A DNA stretch of 64,000 nt from Eledone cirrhosa (lineage: Eukaryota): assembly GCA_964016885.1 (NCBI GenBank), contig OZ024741.1, positions 45,756,001 through 45,820,000 of the forward strand, given 5' to 3'. Below the pieces are notes generated by a model, which saw only the letters and a program-made list of their open reading frames with translations, had not been told where the DNA came from and ran no database searches. Made by a program: the position numbers and the translations under genes. Shown here piece after piece: positions 13,984-26,140 of this stretch (within the stretch, counting starts at the first letter, position 1; each line of letters begins with the position of its first letter).

Positions 13984-14022
13984 TGAACCTGAAGATTGCA
14001 AAAGCATGAAAGTACTTGTTCA
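13984..14022 (+). ncRNA. Minimal type I hammerhead ribozyme
   Basis: TGAAC-CTGAAGA-TTGC-AAAA-GCAT-GAAAG-TA-CTT-GTTCA. Confidence 0.8.
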
Positions 14023-14135
14023 ATTAACACTTAGAATTTAATATTCTATCATACTATTTCATTATAATACCATTATAAATTTTATAAGGATTGTAAATAA
14101 AACGAGTAAATCAGACAAAGTTGGAATTCCTCTTA

Positions 14136-14185
<50 letters not shown>

Positions 14186-14194
14186 TACACACAC

Positions 14195-14241
<47 letters not shown>

Positions 14242-14900
14242 TATATTCAGAGTTATAAACTCAAACAGTCCTGTATTTCTCGGCTCAAACAGTATAAACT
14301 CAAACAGTACATGTATTTCTCGGCTCAGAAATGCTTCTTTCTTTGAGCTAATTAATTGTAAAGGACTGTTTGAGTTTATAACTCTGAATATAATATAATA
14401 TTACGGCTCCTTTTTGTTGAGCTAGTTTTTAATCCCATATAAACGGCTGTTATTTCTAGCGCCATAAATATGAGATAGCTAGTGAGCTGGAAAACCTCGT
14501 GCAAAACCTCGTGCGTTTGCGCTAGTGAACCAGACCTTCTAAATTATTTAGAGGTGAGACATCCTAATTTTTCTGGATACCTGTTGAGAAGCACAGAAAA
14601 TTGGTATATTTCACTTTTTATACTATCGTTGCTAAACTTATTTGCGTTTTGAAATTAAAATTAATCTGCGGAACAGGTTTGGATTTTGAAATTTAAATTT
14701 GTCCAGGTATCACGCCTATTTGCCAATATGGGTTTGTTTTTATTGATTTATTATTTTAAATCGAGACAGACAAACTATATTTTATTTGAATTAGTTTATT
14801 TCATTCTAGCTAACTTCGTCTTTTGCAATACAAACACTTTTGTGTTTATCATATATTAATTTATATTAACTTGTATTATATATATATATATATATATATA

Positions 14901-15051
14901 TAGTAATAATAATAAATTTGAAAACTAAAATCCAAAGAGGGCTCGATAAGTATATATCAACTATATAAGAACCGTAGAGCAAATATTTATTAAAATAATA
15001 GATTAAAGTTTAAGCATAGAGTCTTTGCTTAAACTTTAATCTTTTATTTTA

Positions 15052-15058
<7 letters not shown>
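14901..15058 (-). mobile_element. Terminal fragment of the 26156-family Naiad pLTR with a short hairpin
   Basis: Reverse complement of 28140-28260 (tccaaagagggctcgataag...aagaaccgtagagcaaatatttattaaaat); between (TA)n tracts. Confidence 0.7.
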
Positions 15059-15096
<38 letters not shown>

Positions 15097-15115
15097 ATAT
15101 ATATGTATATATATT

Positions 15116-15752
15116 TTAAATTAGTATTTTTTCAATCTAGCTAACTTGGTCATTTGCAATTCGAACACATGTATACTTGTATCGGTGTTCATCCCTCTCA
15201 TATATTCAATCATATATATATATATATATATAAATAGAATAGAATGAAACGAAATTTCATTTCTCACTCTTTTAAGTCGGCACTTACTTAAATGTAAGTA
15301 TGTATGTATGTATACGTACATACATATATGTATACAGACGTACAGTAGTATGTATATATATACATACATGCACACATATATACATTCGGTTTACCGAACA
15401 TTTATTATAATGCTCGGTTTGTTTGTAAACAAACAAACAGCTCGAATTACGCCGTACAGTGTTTAGGCAATCACATCACCTTTTTCTTTTTTTATGGCAG
15501 GAAGGTATACGATGATGACGATGGCTAATAAGCTTGAAACTAGTACATCGTTCCTGTGTTAGTGTTGAACAAAAGGTGATGTGGTTGCCTAAACACTGTA
15601 CGGCGTAATCCGGGCTGTTTGTTTGTTTACAAACAAACAAACCGAGCATTATAATAAATGTTCGGTAAACCGATACGTGCACGTATATATGTGTGCATGT
15701 ATGTATATATATACATACTACTGAACATCTGTATACATATATGTATGTACGT

Positions 15753-15830
<78 letters not shown>

Positions 15831-15924
15831 GAATATATGAGAGGGATGAACACCGATACAAGTATACATGTGTTCGAATTGCAAATGACCAAGTTAGCTA
15901 GGTTGAAAAAATACTAATTTAAAA
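15116..15924. repeat. Fold-back element with an HHR-like motif in the loop (15510-15550)
   Basis: Arms 15116-15485 and 15570-15924; loop CGATG-ATGACGA-TGGCT-aata-AGCTT-GAAAC-TA-GTA-CATCG (C3 changed to A). Confidence 0.75.
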
Positions 15925-16133
15925 CAATATGGTTTGCCTGTCTCGATTTCAAGTTATAAATCAATAAAAATAACAAACCTATATCGGACAACTGCCTTTG
16001 ATACCCGAGTATCAAAGGCAGATGCCCGATATAGGATTTTTATTTTTAGTAAGTGACATAGTAAACTACTTTAAAACAATAGCGCAAGGTCTTCAAAATG
16101 CTTTTAATTAAGCATACAGTATATTGCCAAATA

Positions 16134-16193
<60 letters not shown>

Positions 16194-16459
16194 TAGAAAG
16201 TGAGGTTTTTTTACAAAATGAAAAATAACCGAGGTGTCCTACACGAGTGAAAGTATAAAGAAAAAAAGGATAGAGGGTGTGTGATTTTTCTCACATGTGA
16301 GAAAAACCAGACACCCTCCATCTTAACTCTACTTTTGAAAAGCAGAAGAACTGCGAAACCGGTAAAGGAACCAAATAAATATATATATTTTTTTTTAAAT
16401 AAGACTCCAGTTGCATTTTCGATTTCATCTTGTTTTCTATATATATATATATATATAAA

Positions 16460-17512
16460 GAATGAATAATAACAGGTAGACATCATAAAAAAGGTAATTT
16501 ATTCCGTGTGCTTACAAATGTTTCCACGGTGGTAGTACAGCCTAGTTATGCTATGTGCAAATTATCAACTATTTGCAGAATGCAAATATCAAATGCTGTG
16601 ACCACAGTATCATCAGAGCAGAATGGTTAAAATGTACAATGTAAATAGCCTTAAGTGAGGTTATTGGAGAAGATAGAGTAGAAAAGGAAGAGGGAAAAGT
16701 AGAGGAGAGGGAGAGAGAGAGAAAGATATGCAGGGGTTGGAGAAATGGGAGAGAGTGGTTTGTAGATATCTTAATCAAAATGTTGTGGTAGGGGTTTTAT
16801 TATACTGGTTACTTTTAGAGAGATGCGGTGATAGTCAAGGTTGCAATTATTTATTGCCCCAGAGGGCAGGTTCATAGATGTGGAGAGGGAGGTAGGTCAA
16901 AGGCGAGAGAGTGGGAGTGGAATGGATATAGAGGGAGAGATAGAGAGGGGACAGACGAGGTCTATGGGGTGGCTGAACTTTGGGTTCGTAGTAGTAATCC
17001 GCGAATTGCACTGAGTTACCATTTATAGTGATAAGCAGGGTATTGTCTTGTAGTGTGGGGGAAGAGAAGGTGGTTAGCTAGAAAGCGATGTTATAGTTAC
17101 GGGTTCGAATGTTAAGTTATTTTATAGTGAGAGAATTTAGCTTTTAGTTTGTGCTTGCAGTATAATGATCGTTCGATTCTATCGTTAAGTAGTTTATTTT
17201 TGGATTTTAATATGTAAAAGAGTTCAAGGTTACATAACCTACAGTACTTCAATCCACTCCGATATGCACTTGCGCTGGAAAGTATATCCCATTTTAAGGT
17301 GAACTGTTGGTTGCATTCACGGAGTTGCCATGTCTTGTTGGCTAGCGTGGTGACAAAACGGTTATCAGGATGTTTCATTGAGAATCGATGACGGTAACAG
17401 CGAGATTTAAACGAGGTGGTGGTGGATCCGATGTAATACCATTTCTGGTCGTTCGATTCAACCGTGCATTGGTAAACAATGTTGGACTTTAGGCATTCAT
17501 TCTTCAATGGAC
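16460..17512 (-). mobile_element. 5'-truncated Naiad-like PLE: GIY-YIG C-terminus plus 3' pLTR
   Basis: [16 protein letters not shown]...[12 protein letters not shown]...WDIL...CRLCNLE...LLN.R.E...CKH; stop at 17112; HHR at 16509-16620. Confidence 0.85.
16509..16620 (-). ncRNA. Type I hammerhead with extended stem II
   Basis: Minus strand: TGCT-CTGATGA-TACTGTGGT...ACCACCGTG-GAAAC-ATTT-GTA-AGCA. Confidence 0.75.
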
Positions 17513-17547
17513 ATATATATATATATGTGTGTGTGTGTGTGCGTATG

Positions 17548-17650
<103 letters not shown>

Positions 17651-17739
17651 TAAGGTTGCTTGGATGCGCCCAAAGAGGGTATGCTTGTAATACGTAATAA
17701 ACTGTGTTCCGATGCATCACTGATTCTTCGTTTTCCATG

Positions 17740-17773
<34 letters not shown>

Positions 17774-18123
17774 CGGCCCTTTTTCTCTTTTTTCTTTTTA
17801 CTTCATAAACCTTGTTTGTAAATAACATTATTCTTTCTGCACCATTTCTTTAACACGTCCTACAGCACCATTCTACACCAATACACATTAATATCATTTG
17901 ATAATGCATAAAAATGGTGAAACCGGTAATAGACAATTATTAAATATATAAATAAATAAATAAATGCCATTGTTAATTAATAAATAAACAACTAATACTT
18001 TAACACTTCACACAAAGTAAAATATTTCGTTTTAATCATTTTATAACCCAGAAAAAAGAGAGAGAAAAATAAAAAGGGAAAAAAATATATTTTTCTTCCT
18101 AATAATCGTCTTTTTCTCCCTGT

Positions 18124-18170
<47 letters not shown>

Positions 18171-18175
<5 letters not shown>

Positions 18176-19345
18176 TAAAACATGTCTATAAAATCATAAG
18201 ATAAAATATAAAAATATATACCATTTCCTCTCCCAATTAGCATAATTAACTATATAAAAAATCGAATAGACCAGGCTATAAGAATGAGGCTTCTATGAAG
18301 AAATCTCCAACAAATAACCGAAACTAGCCCTTCGCGTCGGCCGCAACGGAATATTTATCGAATATTTCGACAGCGTAATCGCCCAGATACAGTCAATTAA
18401 ACAGAAATAGGTGTAAAATAAACTAGGAGAAAATAGAATACATTTAAATACCTCTACCATGGTTTCGTCCGCATTTTAAGATTTCCAATAATTATGTAAT
18501 AATTATGTCACTCGAGCACCGGATTCATCAGGAAGTTTGCTCTGATCTAGACACTAAAATTTTCCAAAGTGATCGCGCCAAGAATTCATTCAAAATGGCT
18601 ATGAATCGTGACGTAGTCGCGGTCAGGTTCGAAGGGGTGTGGTAGTTGCTTACGGCTGGTGGCTTTTTTGCTAGAAAGCACAGCACAATACAGCCAAATT
18701 TGTATCTCAACCTAATGGGAGATTATTACATATAAAAGTTTACATATATATATACATATATATACACATATACGTGTTTTGCAACGGGTCAATTGTGGCT
18801 CAATGATAATTTGATAAATTAAATAATCAGAGCTATATATCATAAAACATGTCTATAAAATACTTTTGAATGAATTCTTGGCGCGATCACTTTGGAAAAT
18901 TTTAGTGTCTAGATCAGAGCAAACTTCCCGATGAATCCGGTGCTCGAGTGACATAATTATTACATAATTATTTGAAATCTCAAAATGCGGACGAAACCAT
19001 AGTAGAGGTATTTAAATGTATTCTATTTTCTCCTAGTTTATTTTACACCTATTTCTGTTTAATTGACTGTATCTAGGCGATTACGCTGTCGAAATATTCG
19101 ATAAATATTCCGTTGCGGCCGACGCGAAGGGCTAGTTTCGGTTATTTGTTGGAGATTTCTTCATAGAAGCCTCATTCTTATAGCCTGGTCTATTCGATTT
19201 TTTATATAGTTAATTATGCTAATTGGGAGAGGAAATGGTATATATTTTATCTTGTGATTTTATAGACATGTTTTATGATATATAGCTCTGATTATTTAAT
19301 TTATTAAATTTTCATTGAGCCACAATGTAACCCGTTGCAAAACAC

Positions 19346-19352
<7 letters not shown>
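18171..19352. repeat. Compound inverted-repeat pLTR structure with two opposed HHRs
   Basis: 18171-18595 inverted vs 18864-19280; 18770-18861 inverted vs about 19258-19350; HHRs at 18450-18536 (-) and 18923-19009 (+). Confidence 0.85.
18450..18536 (-). ncRNA. Type I hammerhead with extended stem II
   Basis: Minus strand: ACTTC-CTGATGA-ATCCG...(about 50 nt)...CGGAC-GAAAC-CATG-GTA-GAGGT. Confidence 0.75.
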
Positions 19353-19401
<49 letters not shown>

Positions 19402-19404
19402 TTT

Positions 19405-19489
<85 letters not shown>

Positions 19490-19537
19490 TAATAAAATAA
19501 TGAATAAACAAAGAAACAGTTCCTTATATTAAAAAAT

Positions 19538-19679
19538 TCATCATTTTACGATCGTTTCTAGGATATATATGTGTTAGAGTTGGTATGCATATTCTATAGA
19601 TCTATGTACAATATTTATACAAACTATCAGAGTGAATATACATACCTACACATATATATGCTGTCTTCAGAAATAATGA
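19538..19679 (-). ncRNA. Type I hammerhead with about 105-nt stem II region
   Basis: Minus strand: TCATTATTT-CTGAAGA-..ATATATATGTGT...ACACATATATAT..-GAAAC-GATC-GTA-AAATGATGA. Confidence 0.65.
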
Positions 19680-20335
19680 TATTTGTTTATTGAAAAAAAC
19701 AAAGATTCAATACAATAGGTCTGTTTGGGAACAGGTTTTGAATTGACCAATAGAGAGATAGTGAGGGTCAAGATAGTAATATAGTAGTAGAAGAACCTTA
19801 AATTATGGGTAGAGGAAGGTAGATTTCAGTTTTGGATGGAAAAGAATATTATGAATGAAGGATTATTTTAGGGAAGAAATAGGTCTTATGCTGACCTCAG
19901 AAATAATTTTATTTGTTCATTGAATAAAACCAACAAAGATCTAATATATTCTGTCTGTTTCGTAAGAGGTTTAGAATTAACCAATAGAAAGTTAATAATT
20001 GGCCAAATGGTAAAATAGTAGTAATTGAAGCTTATTTTAGGGGTGAAAATAGGTCAGGTGGTCAGTAAAAGGTATACAAGCAGTTGCTGTTATAAAGTAG
20101 TAATGCCAATACAAATATCTAAGGTGACTAAAGTTTTACGATAAGAATGTTAGTGAAAAAAATACATCTATGAAAAGAATATAAATTAATTTAATTGATG
20201 GGTATATTTATATTGATAAAATTATACTAATACATATAGATATGATAAATAAGAGTTAGATGCAGTTGAAAAGTGCTGTTAAAGATGAGGGGAAATTAAA
20301 AGAATATAAAAATAATATATATATATATATACACT

Positions 20336-20367
<32 letters not shown>

Positions 20368-22325
20368 TATACACATACACACACACATATACACACATAT
20401 ATATATATACATATATACACATATATATATATATATATAAATATATATACAGACTTATCTACGGTATCTACCAACCTTACCATAAACCCAACCAAAATTT
20501 ACACTACATACACTCACAATCTAATCACCCTAAATCTATCCTTAAAAACCTTGCATATAATATATCACTTAGAATTTCTAACCTTTCGTCTAACCAAGAT
20601 GTATTTGATAAAAATGCGACCTTTTATAACGAAGCTCTAGCTAGAAGTGGCCACAAAAATAGATTAGTATATATACCTTCTACCAATAACACTACAAACA
20701 TACAACCTAATATTACCAACAGACACCAAAGGAAAAATACACACCTAAATGCCACTCACACTATACCCCAAAACACCAACATAAAACCAAATTTCTCTAA
20801 CTCTTCTAATATACAGTATAGTAACTCTCAAAAAACTACTCATCATACAACTCTAATAAATGTTAATAATAAAACTCCTAATAAACAAGCTAAAACACCT
20901 AAATCAATAAATCTAACTAAAAATGTGTGTGGTGAGGTCATTAACAATAATTCTCTTAATAAACATCAGGATGCATCCTATAAAAACAATAAACAACATC
21001 GAAACCGTAATAGACGAGTTACTTGGTATAATGCTCCATTTAATTTACAAATTAAGGATAATATACCTAAAAAATTCTTTAATATCCTAGAGAAAAACTT
21101 CCCGCCAAACCACAAATACCATCAAATCTTAAATAGATCAATGGTTAAATTCTCCTACTCAACAAACAAAAACATAAAACAAAATATAAGTGCCTATAAT
21201 GCATATAAATGTAAAAGAACCATGAGTATACCACCAGTACATCAAACTAACCATAATATCTCCTCAGATACAGGATTCACGAAAAGTTGTAACTGTAGAA
21301 ACAAGGCAAACTGTCCATTAAAAGGAAATAGCCTTGTTAATAACATAGTATATAAATGTAAAGTTAACACTAAGGACTCAATTTATTCATATATAGGAGC
21401 TACCTCTAACAAATTTAAGGTAAGATTTAATACCCACAAACATAATTTTAAAAATGCCGCACTAGCTAATACAACATCTCTAGCTGAAATAATTAATAGT
21501 TATAGAAAGAGGAATATAGATTATGACCTGACCTGGAGTGTGCTCAAAAAGGCCACCCCTTATCAAAATAGTAGATATGAATGTAGATTATGTTCCCAAG
21601 AACTTTTTGAAATAAGGAAATCTAAGGATATCCTATTAAATAAGCGACAGGAATTAATAATATCGTGTAATCATAAACTGAGAAAAACCTTTAAATATTA
21701 TAAACCTAATTAATATACACTTTAGAAATTAATATATAAACTATTTTTTAATTTTTTAATTTAGTTAACCCATAATTAATATTCTACTACTGATGAACTA
21801 CATAATTCTGCTTTAAATATTATAAACCTAATTAATTTACACTTTAGAAATTAATATATAAACTATTTTTAATTTAGTTAACCTATAATTAATATTCTAC
21901 TACTGATGAACTACATAATTTTGCTTTCCTTCTTACAACTATCATTTCCTAAAACTGATACCATTAAGTAAACATATATAATGCTTTAACTTCATGTTAT
22001 GACTCTATGTTCCTTGAAAACTATATATATTTATTATTTCTCACTAATAAATTTAATCCCCCCCCCCCCAATAATTATATGTATATGTAAGTGTGTATGT
22101 GTGTATATATATATATATATATGTATTTCTTCCCTAAAATAATCCTTCATTCATAATATTCTTTTCCATCCAAAACTGAAATCTACCTTCCTCTACCCAT
22201 AATTTAAGGTTCTTCTACTACTATATTACTATCTTGACCCTCACTATCTCTCTATTGGTCAATTCAAAACCTGTTCCCAAACAGACCTATTGTATTGAAT
22301 CTTTGTTTTTTTCAATAAACAAATA

Positions 22326-22467
22326 TCATTATTTCTGAAGACAGCATATATATGTGTAGGTATGTATATTCCCTCTGATAGTTTGTATAAATATTGTACA
22401 TAGATCTATAGAATATGCATACCAACTCTAACACATATATATCCTAGAAACAATCGTAAAATGATGA
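22326..22467 (+). ncRNA. Type I hammerhead with about 105-nt stem II region
   Basis: Same as the 19538 copy, with stem III loop AATC. Confidence 0.65.
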
Positions 22468-23115
22468 ATTTTTTTAATATAAGGAACTGTTTCTTTGTTT
22501 ATTCATTATTTTATTTATTTATCTTGACTCTGTTTTCCGTTTATTTTTCACCGAAAGTAGTTTTTGAATGCATCTTCTCTTTTCATGATATCCGGATTAC
22601 ATTGAGTTCTTCATACGGATTGGACACCACCGTAAACTTTTGGTAGATTTATCTACATATATATATATATATATATATATGTATATTTATATATATATTT
22701 ATGTATATTGTTATACTTTAAGGGCGTCATTCACCTGTCGAGATTGACAGTTTATTTTTAATTGAGTATCTAACATCTTGATCGTTTAGCTTAATGACTG
22801 GGTGGTTCTTGTTAAGCTCTTTCGTCACCCAACCTGTCTTTATTCTTGTTCTTCTGTGCCTCCTCTCTGTTGTGATTCTTTGGGGGCAATATCTTCTCAA
22901 ATATCTCTATTTTAAATGACAGAGTACAGATTCTATGACTAGTATTATGTACTAGATTGTTAAAAACGATGAGAACAGTGGACAATTTAGGATTTTGCAA
23001 GGACTGTACTTACCAAACACATATCTAATCTCTAAGACTGAAGTTATTAGAGTTTACCTGCACCTCAAAATCGATCTTCACTCAGCAAACCTTGTTAACG
23101 GCGTAGTCAGCATAG

Positions 23116-23181
<66 letters not shown>

Positions 23182-25049
23182 ATATATAAATATAGAGAGA
23201 GAGAAAGAGAGAGAGGGAAAGAGAGAAAGAGAGAAAGAGAGAGGGGGATGGAGAGGTAGAGGAAGAGAGAGAAGATAGGCGCGTGGATTAGTATTTAAAG
23301 AGCTGGATTCACAGAAAAGCGTATTAGAGATGATCTGTGCGTGTAAAGAAATAATGTTGTACAAGGTGGTCCATACAAATCATATTGGACAAGGGGTTGT
23401 GTGTAGAAATCTATGTATTTAGAGTTATAAGTATGTGTGGAGTTAGTATGTTTCTTTGCTGGAGTACGTGTGTATGTGGTATGTGCAGTCTATGTGATTG
23501 TACGGATGTGAAGGATTGGAATACGTAGTCTTTAAAGTGTATAGTGAAATGTGGAAGGTTACGAAATGAAAGGATGTGCAGTTGTAGGATGCGAACAAAT
23601 GAGTATAAAGCGGAGTTAGCTATATGTCACTACAGAATGTATACCAAAGGGAATAGAGCACCCATGTCAACAAACCAGACGGTGTTCTTTGTGATAGCGA
23701 GCAGCAGGTCAGCCGAGGTGTAAATATATATACACATAAATATATTTAGGCCAACAACTCAAAAATAAATTTTTAATTTAGAAATGCAGATTCATTATTC
23801 AAAATATTCAAATATGGAATAAGTATTCAATTTTACATTACTTTTCAATAAATTGGTTGGGATTCGATCCTTGAATATTATTGTTTGCGATTCTCTTTTA
23901 AATCTACAGTGAATGATATTATTAATGGATCCAACATTGTTCTTATATTTGTACGTTGTGAATTGAAAGAATGACTGAAAATTAATGTATTTTTAAAACC
24001 ATTGTTGAAAATTACTTGTTATTTCTGCCTCTGTTACATATAACATTCAAAGTAATATGTGGGCTGGTGAGCTCAACGTTAATGCGATTTACTAACCATG
24101 GTCGTATCAAGCAGAAAATAAATGCATATTTGGAAATACTCATAAGCTTTTCTGTTCTTAATACTTTAGTTTTTCTACTTTATTTTGCATTTAAATACAA
24201 GTAAATGGCTGATTTGTTTCCTCTGTTATTTATTTCAATATCGAATTCCATTAGACTTTGTAATAGCCTATTTTGTTAAATTTAATAGAAATTCTTAAGC
24301 CTGCAACTTGTAATACATTTTCATAACGATATCATTATCATGCTTGAAATTAAATTTTGAGGTTTGGAGAAAGATTCCATAATTCACATGAAATATTCTT
24401 CCATATTTTCAGAAACTATATTATTTATTACAGCACTGCAAATAAAAATGTATATACACCATTGAATTATTGTACCATTTTTCCACATTATCTTTGGCCT
24501 AATATAGTGTAATGAATCAATATTCACGGAATGTACTATTCATAATTCTTAATTTTTATTCCTTAATAATTTTTGACTGGCCAAAATACCATTTTTTTTC
24601 CGAAGAGTTTAATGTTAATAAAATTAAGGAAGAACCTTTCTTTCGTTTTACTTGGAACAATGATTCTGTATTCTATATATAGTGAAGTGCTACTTTTGAT
24701 GTTGATTCTATTCTCTAAAAGTATTGATTTCATTCTCTAAAAATTGATTCCATTTTCTAAATGTAACGCCTTATAAAAGCGGGATAATCTCTCGCCACAC
24801 TCCAGCTCCGGTAAGCATAGACGCGCAGCCATGCAAAGCAAAACATGTCTCTCTCCGATCTTCCTTCTTATTCTCTCATGCACACACACGAATCCATTTC
24901 ATGCACTTCACTGCTTAGATTTATAAAGTAATAAGTGTGAGATACTAGTGCGTGGCGTGAACTAAATATATATGCGTGTGTGGGGGTTGGGGTAGGGGCT
25001 TGTCTGCGTGGGGGTGGGGCGGGGGGGACGTCTGTGTGTGTGTGTGTCC

Positions 25050-25826
25050 AAGTCTCAGACCGTACAGCAGCATAGACTCCACTACAGCAACAAAGAGACG
25101 TATCTTCAGGTCTTTACGAAGGTCCGACTTCTTCCACACCGATCTCAATCTATGGCACGTCGCCCAGGCTTTGCTCTTCCTCTCGACCACATCATCTTCC
25201 GTATTCCCAATCTTTGCTCCCAAATACAGGAATTCCTCAACCAATTCTAGCGCTTCCCGCCTACATTAGTAATCTTCTCTGGCTTCTTAATATTCTCTAC
25301 CAGATACTTCGTCTTAATCTCATTCATTCTCAGCCCAACACTCATGGACACTGTCTCCACCTCCTGCATCAAATCCTCTGCCTCCTTCACTGTGTTTGTC
25401 ACCAGAGCAATGTCGTCAGCGGATTCAGCATCAGATATCTTTCGCCTTAACTCTGAGCCGGTTTTACAGTAAAACCAGAGACTGGTGTTTCTCCAGCGCA
25501 AGGCGCATGCAATAGTCTACTGTGATGATAAAAGGAAACTCACTCAGATGGTGGCTGGGTGCTACATGAGAATGCTGAGGATGGCTCTGAACATTCATCA
25601 GTATACATTGCGGATGAAGAACTCATAGCTGTACGGGAGCCTCCCAAAAGTCAGCCCGAGAGTAGCCCAGAGAAGACTGAGATTATCTGGACCGACATCC
25701 AGAGTTGACACTACACTCAGTGCAGACACTGGTTTCTTGGAGACGCAAGACATGGCAGCGATAATGAGGGACAGAGACCGCTGGAGAGATCTCGTCCATG
25801 GATCTCGGGAATTTTACACGCCCTAG

Positions 25827-25830
<4 letters not shown>
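25050..25830. mobile_element. RTE-like LINE fragment with 5' inversion
   Basis: Minus 25050-25500: ADDIALV...GLRMNEIKTK...FLYLG...KIRLFVAVVESMLLYG; plus 25540-25830 continues with RMLRMALNI...LYGSLPKVS..VAQRRLRL. Confidence 0.75.
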
Positions 25831-25907
<77 letters not shown>

Positions 25908-25912
25908 AGCCA

Positions 25913-25961
25913 GATTCCTGATGATTTCTAAAGAATGAAACAGTTCTAGTCCCGTAGAATC
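25913..25961 (+). ncRNA. Type I hammerhead ribozyme in a short TA-flanked pLTR fragment
   Basis: GATTC-CTGATGA-TTTC-taaa-GAAT-GAAAC-agttctagtccc-GTA-GAATC. Confidence 0.65.
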
Positions 25962-26049
25962 TCATCTATATTAAAACTTTTTTACTCTGCTATGTATTGA
26001 GTACCTTACTTACTGTGGTTACCTCCGATTCAACCCGGAACAACTTACC

Positions 26050-26135
<86 letters not shown>

Positions 26136-26140
<5 letters not shown>

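Larger units (their letters stand above)
13753..14142. repeat. About 390-bp fold-back palindrome carrying two opposed HHRs
   Basis: Arms of about 190 bp, near-perfect inverted; centre ttgcaattttca-actgc-tgaaaattgcaa; runs into (TA)n. Confidence 0.9.
19492..22640 (+). mobile_element. Naiad-like PLE, 5'-truncated, with inverted pLTR at the 5' end
   Basis: Open frame 20463-21713 without ATG: [23 protein letters not shown]..[N/T-rich insert]..VTWYNAPF..CNCRNKANCP..YIGATSNKFK..CRLC..LNKRQE; 19492-19880 is the reverse complement of 22125-22515. Confidence 0.9.

Noticed and set aside
21690-21930. About 125-bp tandem duplication containing CTGATGA twice
   Set aside because: No stem II plus GAAA or matching stem I; simple 3' UTR duplication
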